Shown piece after piece: positions 28,683-36,713 of a stretch of 64,000 bases of DNA (positions are counted from its first letter, which is position 1; each line of letters opens with the position of its first letter). A program made the position numbers and the translations under genes. The notes under the pieces are model-generated. The model was not told where the DNA came from. It worked only from the letters and a program-made list of their open reading frames with translations, and searched no databases. This DNA comes from Promethearchaeota archaeon (lineage in GTDB: Archaea > Asgardarchaeota > Lokiarchaeia > Sigyniarchaeales > SOKP01), in the NCBI GenBank assembly GCA_016839745.1, contig JAEOTS010000110.1, positions 1-64,000 on the forward strand, written 5' to 3'.

Positions 28683-29153
28683 TTAAAGAGAAAATACTGA
28701 CTTCTTATTTTTTTCGTTGTACTTTTGATGATATTCTTCTGCTTTATAATACTCCACAGCAGGAACAATTTCAGTAACAATTGGCTTCTTATACTTTCCG
28801 GATGTATCCAACTTTTCCTTTAATTTTATTGCAGACAAGCGTTGTTCTTCATTAGTGTAAAACACAGCAGACCTATATTGAGTTCCAATATCCCAACCTT
28901 GGCGATTAAGCGTAGTTGGATTGTGGATATCCCAGAAGATTTCCAATAACACTTCATATGATACAACTGAAGGATCAAATGTAACTTTAACAACCTCGGC
29001 ATGTCCTGTTTTATTAGTACAGACGTCTCTATAAGTCGGATTTTCTGTACTCCCTCCAGTATATCCAACTTCAGTTTCAACTACACCTTCTACCTTACTA
29101 AATTTATATTCGACTCCCCAAAAACAACCTGCTCCAAATATAGCTTCTTCCAT
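28683..29153 (-). CDS. msrA: Peptide methionine sulfoxide reductase A
   Basis: GAGCFWG, TGHAEVV, GTQYRS, AEEYHQKY. Confidence 0.96.
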   Translation of the reverse strand: MEEAIFGAGCFWGVEYKFSKVEGVVETEVGYTGGSTENPTYRDVCTNKTGHAEVVKVTFDPSVVSYEVLLEIFWDIHNPTTLNRQGWDIGTQYRSAVFYTNEEQRLSAIKLKEKLDTSGKYKKPIVTEIVPAVEYYKAEEYHQKYNEKNKKSVFSL

Positions 29154-29315
29154 AATTAATACTATTAAAATAATCTAAGTTAAAAAAAATATTGATAATT
29201 CTTTATAAAAAAAAAGAGTTAAACGCAAATAATTTTAATAGAAATGATGAATCTTATTTGGTTCATAAAGATTATTGATTTTTAAATGAAATTCATAAAT
29301 CTCTTAACTAAATAC

Positions 29316-30956
29316 TTACTTTTTCAACGCTTCTAAATCTTTTAATTCCCGATGTAACACCTTTCCAACTATTGTCTTCGGAATTTCATCAATAAACTCC
29401 ACAAAACGAGGATATTTATCAAACGCCATATTATCTTTAGCCCAGTTAATGATATCCTTTTCACTGATTCCTTTGTCTTTAAGTTCTTCCTTTAATACAA
29501 CGTACGCTTTAATATTTTCCTTTCCTTCATTATCAATTATTCCAATAACGCCACATTCCTGAATAGCTTCATGATAATACAAGAGATCTTCTACTTCAGT
29601 AGGATAAACTGAATGTCCTTTATACTTTATCAAGTTCTTTAACCGATCCTTAATAACAAAATATCCATCTTCGTCCATTAATGCTAAGTCGCCGGTCCAT
29701 AACCAGCCATCTTTGATTGTGTTTTCCGTTTCTTCCTCACGTTTGTAATACCCTTTCATCATCTGTGGACCTCTTGTCACTAGTTCTCCAACTTCTCCAA
29801 TCCCAAGCGTATTACCGTTAGAGTCGCAAATTTTTACATCTGTATTAGGGAACGGCATGCCAATCGTACCTGGTTTGAAATTATCTTCGAAAGGATTTGC
29901 TGTGACGGCTGGTGACATCTCTGTTAATCCATACGCTTCTCGAAGTTTGGATCCCGTCAATTTTTCAAAAGTTTTTCTCACATCATCTGGAAGGGGTCCT
30001 GCTGAGCTTAAACAATATTTTATACTCGACAAATCGTGATTTTGGATTCCTTCGTAATTATTTAGGTTGTTATAGATAGCAGCTACTCCAGGAAATACGG
30101 TAACCTTAGTTGCTTCGATTACTTCTATAACTTCGTGAGCTTCCCGAGGATTGAAAACACACGCTAGTTTCCATCCATTATGGACACACATGTTCATCAT
30201 AAAACCCATGTATATGTGGTAAAAAGGTAAGGCGGCTAGTAATACTTCTTTACCTAATTCTTTTTCAACAAACCACGATTCAGCTTGAAAAATGTTAGCA
30301 GCAATACTTCCGTGAGTCAACATTGCTCCCTTAGGGAATCCTGTTGTTCCACCCGTATATTGCAATTGAGCTAAATCGTCTTGAGTAATTTCCACTTCTG
30401 GTGGATTTGGTGTTGTTTCCCGTATTAAATCCTCGATCATAGGATCGCCTCCCATGGGAAATTCAGGAGGCGCCATAGGATTAGGCGATAAATAAGGCGA
30501 TAGGTTGCTATAAAACTTGTGCTTTACACCGGTTTCACCAATAATAGGATCTACTAGTCCGGAAAAACCTTCCCAACCGATATAAACTTTTGCGTCACTG
30601 TCGTTTAATTGTCGTTTTATCTCAAGCTTTTTAAATAATGGCGAGATTGGAGTAACAACTCCACCAATTTTTAAAATACCGTAATAATATGCAATAAACG
30701 CCGGGTTATTGGTAAATTGGATTGCTATACAATCACCTTTCTTTATACCAAGTTCGGTTAATTTTGTTGCTACACGATAAACAATATCAAGTAACATAGA
30801 ATAGGTGAGTTCGAATCCCATAAAATATGTTACAACATTATTAGGATACATATTCGCAGAATCTTCTAGAAAATCAATTAAATTCTTATTTGGAATCTCC
30901 ACTTCTTTTGGAACTCCATTTGGCCAATATTTATAGTAAATTTTTTGATCTGACAT
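29316..30956 (-). CDS. Long-chain fatty-acid--CoA ligase
   Basis: YTGGTTGFPKG, YGLTEMSP, TGD, DRLK, PKTIVGKV. Confidence 0.92.
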   Translation of the reverse strand: MSDQKIYYKYWPNGVPKEVEIPNKNLIDFLEDSANMYPNNVVTYFMGFELTYSMLLDIVYRVATKLTELGIKKGDCIAIQFTNNPAFIAYYYGILKIGGVVTPISPLFKKLEIKRQLNDSDAKVYIGWEGFSGLVDPIIGETGVKHKFYSNLSPYLSPNPMAPPEFPMGGDPMIEDLIRETTPNPPEVEITQDDLAQLQYTGGTTGFPKGAMLTHGSIAANIFQAESWFVEKELGKEVLLAALPFYHIYMGFMMNMCVHNGWKLACVFNPREAHEVIEVIEATKVTVFPGVAAIYNNLNNYEGIQNHDLSSIKYCLSSAGPLPDDVRKTFEKLTGSKLREAYGLTEMSPAVTANPFEDNFKPGTIGMPFPNTDVKICDSNGNTLGIGEVGELVTRGPQMMKGYYKREEETENTIKDGWLWTGDLALMDEDGYFVIKDRLKNLIKYKGHSVYPTEVEDLLYYHEAIQECGVIGIIDNEGKENIKAYVVLKEELKDKGISEKDIINWAKDNMAFDKYPRFVEFIDEIPKTIVGKVLHRELKDLEALKK

Positions 30957-31205
30957 AATTTTACTTTTATTCTAAATGTTATTTATTATTTTTCTTCTGT
31001 AACAATGCTTTATGAAATTGAAAGTATAATTGTTCTACATATTAGAAGATTTTTTTATTAGAAGTTAAAAATATAATTTAATATACTAGAAATATTAATT
31101 TTAAAATAAGACGTTAAATATATTATGAAATAAATTATTCTCATATAGACTGACACACAAAGTTAGAGGAAAATTAATATACATTATATAGATGAGGTTT
31201 AAAAA

Positions 31206-31745
31206 ATGACAGATCGTGAAGGTGCGTTTAAGTTATGTATTTTTGGAGATGGAGGCGTAGGAAAAACTACTCTTGTTAATAGATATCTTACAAAAGTGTT
31301 TGATGAAGATATAAAAATGACCGTTGGTGCTGATTTTTATGTGAAAGACTTAGAAATAGATGGAAAAAAAGTGGTTATCCGAATTTGGGATTTTGGAGGA
31401 GAACAACGTTTTAAAGTGCTATTACCTAGCTTTGCTAAAGGTGCTGATGGGGGAATATTTATGTTTGATATAACTCGATATACAAGCGTAAAAAATATAG
31501 ATGATTGGCTTTCTATTTTTGAGAAAAATGTCAGAGAAAAAGAAATACAAATACCGATTGTTATGGTGGGAGGTAAACTAGATCTCCAAGAAAAACGATC
31601 TGTTGAAACCGAGGACGCTGTTGAGTTGTCTGAAAAATATAATTTACAAGGTTATTTTGAATGTTCTTCCAAAACTGGTGATAAAGTAGAAGATATTTTC
31701 GAATCCGTAACTCGAAAAATGATGAAATTTACAGGATTACTATAA
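31206..31745 (+). CDS. Rab-like small GTPase
   Basis: GDGGVGKTT, TVGADF, WDFGGEQRF, GGKLD, ECSSKTG; no prenylation motif. Confidence 0.93.
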   Translation: MTDREGAFKLCIFGDGGVGKTTLVNRYLTKVFDEDIKMTVGADFYVKDLEIDGKKVVIRIWDFGGEQRFKVLLPSFAKGADGGIFMFDITRYTSVKNIDDWLSIFEKNVREKEIQIPIVMVGGKLDLQEKRSVETEDAVELSEKYNLQGYFECSSKTGDKVEDIFESVTRKMMKFTGLL

Positions 31746-31779
31746 TCACTTATATTTAATTTTTGTTTAATTCTTTTTG

Positions 31780-32388
31780 TTAAAAATGCTTGTATAGCAT
31801 ATAAGAGGAAATTACCCACACCCACAGCATTATTGATAAAGTCATAATCCATTGTGTTATTGAGCTAAGAACAGTCAAGTGTAGTAAGAACGTCCCAGCA
31901 ATAACAAATCCAAAAAAAGTAATCGATTTTGGAAATCTCTCATCTTTTAGCATTAGAATACTAAAAAGGCTTATGAAGATTAAACCATCAACCCAGCATA
32001 GAAATGCGCATAAACCATGGATAAAAGAAACCACAATATTATTTCCCCAAAAGTAGCCAACAAAAGTTAACGAGATACAATAAATAATTGATCCTATTAA
32101 TGCTAATTTTCGGATAGGTTCGTCCGTATCTTCATTATCTAAGGATTTTCCTAAATAAAAGCAGAATGGAATGCCTATAATCCCAGATAAAATTAACCCA
32201 ACACGGTAGATTATCCCACCATATCCATCTCCTAAAAAACTTATTGCCATACTTGTCATATCGTAGTTAGGATAAAGCAGAACTCCTATTAAATGCGTGA
32301 ATAGACTTATCCCAATAGAAATCAATCCAAAAACGCTTCCCGGAAATGAAGTAATAAATTTTTTAAAAAAGTAGAACTCTTTTTTCAT
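31780..32388 (-). CDS. DUF998-like membrane protein
   Basis: ~6 TM helices; YPNYD...AISFLG and conserved His. Confidence 0.6.
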   Translation of the reverse strand: MKKEFYFFKKFITSFPGSVFGLISIGISLFTHLIGVLLYPNYDMTSMAISFLGDGYGGIIYRVGLILSGIIGIPFCFYLGKSLDNEDTDEPIRKLALIGSIIYCISLTFVGYFWGNNIVVSFIHGLCAFLCWVDGLIFISLFSILMLKDERFPKSITFFGFVIAGTFLLHLTVLSSITQWIMTLSIMLWVWVISSYMLYKHF

Positions 32389-32428
32389 GATAGTTATACT
32401 TAAAAAGAAGTTAGATTATTGTTTCTCA

Positions 32429-32965
32429 TCATTCAGATGTTCTCTTAATAACTTTAACTAAGCCTTTCTTTCTTAATTTATCTAACATATCTTCGATTTT
32501 TTCGACAGGCTCCTGCGTTATCTCAGCACATTGTCCTACTGAATTCATTCCATCACACACTTTCAAAAGTTTAAATTCTTCCATAGAAATCATTCCTAGT
32601 TGAACGCTCATAGGTTGTACTTCCTTTACTACAATTGGAATTCTCACTTCTCCGCCTGGTTCGACGCTAGGTCCTCCAACATCACTCATACTTGGTGAAT
32701 CTCCAAAAAACGATCTTACCCCCGTGATGTCGTAATTTTCGTCAATGTATATGTAAACCGTATGCTCTTGACTGGAAACATCATCTACATCTTCAGGATC
32801 AGGATACGGATTTAAATGTTTATGTTCTTTTGTGTAAATCCCCATTTTTAATCCAGCCTTAATTTCCTCCTTATCTACCCTAATATTGACCATTTCGGTA
32901 CATATTTCGCACCAAGCCCATGCCTCTATTAGGCTAAAATATTTCTTCACTTTATTCTCTGGCAT
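32429..32965 (-). CDS. Hypothetical protein, N-terminal CxxC/His metal site and C-terminal HTH
   Basis: WCEIC...HKH...H; CDGMNSVGQCAEIT...LDKLRKKGLVK. Confidence 0.6.
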   Translation of the reverse strand: MPENKVKKYFSLIEAWAWCEICTEMVNIRVDKEEIKAGLKMGIYTKEHKHLNPYPDPEDVDDVSSQEHTVYIYIDENYDITGVRSFFGDSPSMSDVGGPSVEPGGEVRIPIVVKEVQPMSVQLGMISMEEFKLLKVCDGMNSVGQCAEITQEPVEKIEDMLDKLRKKGLVKVIKRTSE

Positions 32966-33159
32966 CTTACTTCTAAAAAAAAACTTTTGTATAAAATAAA
33001 ATAAGCTTTATAATTATTATGTTGTGAATTAATATAAATATTGATTACGATTATTTCCTTGGAAACTTAGATAGAAATTAGTTTTTAAAATCGAAAATAA
33101 TTAAAGTTATAAGATATTTTATTATCCATTACAGTTAACCAAGACTAACAATAATAACC

Positions 33160-33336
33160 ATGTCAAGTTATAAAAAAAACATGTGTTTCTCTTGTGGACG
33201 GCCTATAGCCCCTTATGAAGCTGCAGTCCATTTTCCTTGTCCCCAGTGTGGAGATGTTACTATTTGGAGATGTGAACGGTGCAGAACTATGGGAAACACA
33301 TATAAATGTCTTCGTTGCGAATTTAAAGGGCCTTAA
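33160..33336 (+). CDS. HVO_2753/DUF1610-type zinc-ribbon protein (not in ORF track)
   Basis: Hand-translated MSSYKKNMCFSCGRPIAPYEAAVHFPCPQCGDVTIWRCERCRTMGNTYKCLRCEFKGP*; four CxxC; the usual archaeal position upstream of EF-1beta. Confidence 0.92.
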   Translation: MSSYKKNMCFSCGRPIAPYEAAVHFPCPQCGDVTIWRCERCRTMGNTYKCLRCEFKGP

Positions 33337-33362
33337 ATAAAAGTTTAGAGCGTATACCTAAA

Positions 33363-33629
33363 ATGGGAGAATTTGTAGCACTAATTGATGTAGTACCAGA
33401 AGATATTGATATAGATTTTGAAGATTTCGTTTTAAAATTGAAAAATGTACTTCCTGATAATGTTGTTATTGAGCATTACGAGATAAAGCCCGTGGCATTT
33501 GGTTTGAAAAAAGCAAGAGTGCGAGTTAGGTATCCTGAGGAATGGGGTGGTACCGATAGGGTTGAAGAATTACTTGGACAAGTAGAAGGCATCCAGGGAA
33601 TTGAAGGAATTGCATTCAGTAAAGCGTAA
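33363..33629 (+). CDS. ef1b: Translation elongation factor aEF-1beta
   Basis: PVAFGLK motif, GGTD..EE, 88 aa, synteny with the zinc-ribbon gene. Confidence 0.9.
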   Translation: MGEFVALIDVVPEDIDIDFEDFVLKLKNVLPDNVVIEHYEIKPVAFGLKKARVRVRYPEEWGGTDRVEELLGQVEGIQGIEGIAFSKA

Positions 33630-33680
33630 TCTTCTAACCAAAGATTCTAAAAAAGATTTGCTATTAGTATTTTTACACTA

Positions 33681-35591
33681 TCATACTGTTCTTTTAAAAA
33701 GTTTATCCAACTCTTTAAATGAGAAAAATTTAAGCGTTGGTCTTCCATGTGCACAATGGAACGAATCCTTGCAGTTTGCTAAATCGATAATTAATTTTCT
33801 AATGGATTGTAACGACAGATCATCTCCTCCTCGAATACTTTTGTGACACGCTAAATAATTTATAATTTCTTCTAATTTATCTGAAAAGCTCTTATCCTTT
33901 CCAATATCGGTGATATCGCTGATGATCTCTTTGATAATATGTAAATTTGGAGTTCTTCCCATGATTATAGGAACTGCTCTTAAAATAAATGAATTCCCTC
34001 CGAAATGATCAAAATCAAAACCTAATCTAGTGATTTCTCTTATATTACTTTCTAAGAAGAATTTCTCGCTTGGGCTAACCTCAATTTTAAGAGGGTTAAT
34101 TAATTTTTGTTTGGTCTTTTTAGAATTCTTGTAAAAATCGTAAAAAAATTCTTTATTAACGCGTTCTGAGGCTGCGTGCTGATCTAATATGTAGAAACCC
34201 TCTTCGCCATTTTCATTAATCCCCTCTAAAATAATATATGTTTTGTTACTTAACTGACCTGTTCGAGAAATTAATCGCAATTTAGGAAAATTTTTCAAAT
34301 CGATGTAATTTCCTCTTAAAACTGAATCTGCTGATGGCAAATCGTTGGTTTCAGTAACAATATCGCTGCTTGTTAAATTTAACTGAACGGTTTTTTCTAA
34401 CACTTCTTTCTCTACTTTTGAAGTTTGACGAGTAAGAATATTTTCAATGAGCTCAAGTTTTTCATTATGGCCTTCAATATATCTTTTACTATCACCAATT
34501 GAACTTTCGGATTCTTTGTATAGTTCTTCTTTGTCTTTGTCGAGTTCAGGTGATGCAAATTCCCTGATTTCTGAATAAGTATAAGTATCTTCTTTTTCTA
34601 TAAACTTTTCTTCTACAAATTTACGGACGATGTTGTAAACTTTATTGGATATGTAATCTTCATTTTCAAACCGAACATGCAACTTTTTTGGGTGAACATT
34701 AAAATCTATTATGGAAGGGTTAATTTCAAGATTTATGATGAAAAACGGAAATTTTCCAATCATTAAGGTTCCTTTATATGCCTCTTGAATAGCCCTAAAT
34801 ATAAGGTCACTTATAACATACCGCCTATTTAATAAGAAACTTGAATGTGTTCTACTGTTTTTACATATCTCACTATGCCCAATCAACCCATAGAGCTTAA
34901 AGTCGTCTTCCCTATAATTAATGGACTCCATCAAACTTGCTACTTTTTTCCCATAGATATGAAAAACTGTCGTTCTCAAATCATTTGAAGAGGGACAATT
35001 TAGGATGGTCAAATCATTATGTGAATAGATGAAATGATGTTGAGGATATGCCAAAGCGTATCGTTGGATAATGTCAGAAATGTGACCCAGCTCGGTAGGG
35101 TCCTTTTTTAAAAACTTTAATCTAGCTGGGATATTATAGAATAAGCTCTTAACCTTAATATCCGTTCCTATTGGACAAAAGACCTCTTTCCTCTCTATAA
35201 TTTTGTCCTCTTCTAGAGTTAACTGCACTCCTCTTTCTCTTTCTTTAATTCTTGAAGTTATTTCAACTTTGCTTACTGCTGAAATACTAGCTAAAGCTTC
35301 CCCTCTAAAGCCCAAAGTAGATAAATGTTCTAAATCCTCTATATTTACAATTTTACTACTGGTGTGGCGCTCAAACGCGACACCAATCTCATCAGGAGGG
35401 ATACCAATGCCATCATCTATTATCTGGATTAAACCTTTTCCGGCTTTTTTGACTATTATTCGTATTTCTTTCGCTCCAGCATCTATACTGTTTTCAATTA
35501 ATTCCTTTACAATGTTTGCTGGTCTTTCTACGACTTCTCCTGCCGCTATCTTTTCTGCGTCAACTATTTTCTTTATTTTGCTTCTTTTCAA
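33681..35591 (-). CDS. mutL: DNA mismatch repair protein MutL (endonuclease type)
   Basis: IAAGEVVERP, ELIENSIDAG, GFRGEAL, NVHP, DQHAASERVNKE, ACHKS, CAHGRP. Confidence 0.95.
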   Translation of the reverse strand: MKRSKIKKIVDAEKIAAGEVVERPANIVKELIENSIDAGAKEIRIIVKKAGKGLIQIIDDGIGIPPDEIGVAFERHTSSKIVNIEDLEHLSTLGFRGEALASISAVSKVEITSRIKERERGVQLTLEEDKIIERKEVFCPIGTDIKVKSLFYNIPARLKFLKKDPTELGHISDIIQRYALAYPQHHFIYSHNDLTILNCPSSNDLRTTVFHIYGKKVASLMESINYREDDFKLYGLIGHSEICKNSRTHSSFLLNRRYVISDLIFRAIQEAYKGTLMIGKFPFFIINLEINPSIIDFNVHPKKLHVRFENEDYISNKVYNIVRKFVEEKFIEKEDTYTYSEIREFASPELDKDKEELYKESESSIGDSKRYIEGHNEKLELIENILTRQTSKVEKEVLEKTVQLNLTSSDIVTETNDLPSADSVLRGNYIDLKNFPKLRLISRTGQLSNKTYIILEGINENGEEGFYILDQHAASERVNKEFFYDFYKNSKKTKQKLINPLKIEVSPSEKFFLESNIREITRLGFDFDHFGGNSFILRAVPIIMGRTPNLHIIKEIISDITDIGKDKSFSDKLEEIINYLACHKSIRGGDDLSLQSIRKLIIDLANCKDSFHCAHGRPTLKFFSFKELDKLFKRTV

Positions 35592-35792
35592 CTTATTCCT
35601 AATCCATCATTAATCATTATAATTTTAAAAAGGTTATATGGATCAAATAACCATCAAATATAAAATAAAACTCTATTAAGATTTAAATAAAAACAGCATT
35701 TTGAAATAATGAAAGGCGACAACAAAATTCTTTTAAATTTCGATTAATACTTAAAATTATCCATCTCAATTAAATTAATTTTTAACATTATA

Positions 35793-36713
35793 ATGAGCGA
35801 AGAAACACACTATACTATTCATACCAACATGGTTTATCTACTGATTTCCATGACAATATTTCTTATCATTACCAGAATCATTGTAAATTTAATCGACTTA
35901 CCATTATTTTTAGATGGATCTAGAGATGTGGATTTTAGAATTCTTTTATTAGGATTAAAAAATGGCTTAATAGATTTTTACGATCCGATTATTGTACCCG
36001 AAGGAGTACCGGATTGGCCTCCTTATTACCTCTATTTTTGGTACTTCATCTTTTATCCAATGGGTTTTATTCCTTTCGAAATTGGTGTGTATATATGGGA
36101 TATATTACGATTAGTACTCTCTAGCTATATTGTTCTGAAAGGATTTAAAATAATTAAAAATAGAACAAATTTGTTGTGGTTTTACTTTACTATAGCTGTT
36201 GGTTTTCTCATAGATGGGTGGTATAATAATTGTAACTTCTTAATCATATTCTTCTTATTAATATCTTACACATCTTTAGAAAAAGATAAAATGTGGGTAT
36301 CAGGGATATTCTTTGCCATCTCAACTATAAAAATAAATTCAGTTCTATTTATCCTCGTTTTACTACTTATTAAAAAAATCAAATTTAAAGATTTAATTTA
36401 TTATATTATCCCTTTCTTTGTATTGTGTTTGCCTTATATTATTTTTCCAGATTATCTTTTCCAAATGCTTAATAATTGGTCAAACAGCACCCCCGGTATT
36501 CAGGGTTTGACTTTTCTCGATCCAATAATATGGAAAGCAGTGCAACCTTCACACTTAATGTTTTTAGGATTTATGTTTGTAATGCTATTTGAGCGCCTTG
36601 AGCATTATGAGAAAGGACACAAAATCAGAACTATTATGGTGTATATCCTAATATTTTTCTATATCTATATAAGTATTACAGTTTGGATAATGCCACTTAT
36701 CCTTAATCCTTGA
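35793..36713 (+). CDS. Polytopic membrane protein, GT-C/GT87 (DUF2029)-like glycosyltransferase
   Basis: DF..., Y.P, WPPY loop, ~8 TM helices, G....A.S.IK motif. Confidence 0.55.
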   Translation: MSEETHYTIHTNMVYLLISMTIFLIITRIIVNLIDLPLFLDGSRDVDFRILLLGLKNGLIDFYDPIIVPEGVPDWPPYYLYFWYFIFYPMGFIPFEIGVYIWDILRLVLSSYIVLKGFKIIKNRTNLLWFYFTIAVGFLIDGWYNNCNFLIIFFLLISYTSLEKDKMWVSGIFFAISTIKINSVLFILVLLLIKKIKFKDLIYYIIPFFVLCLPYIIFPDYLFQMLNNWSNSTPGIQGLTFLDPIIWKAVQPSHLMFLGFMFVMLFERLEHYEKGHKIRTIMVYILIFFYIYISITVWIMPLILNP

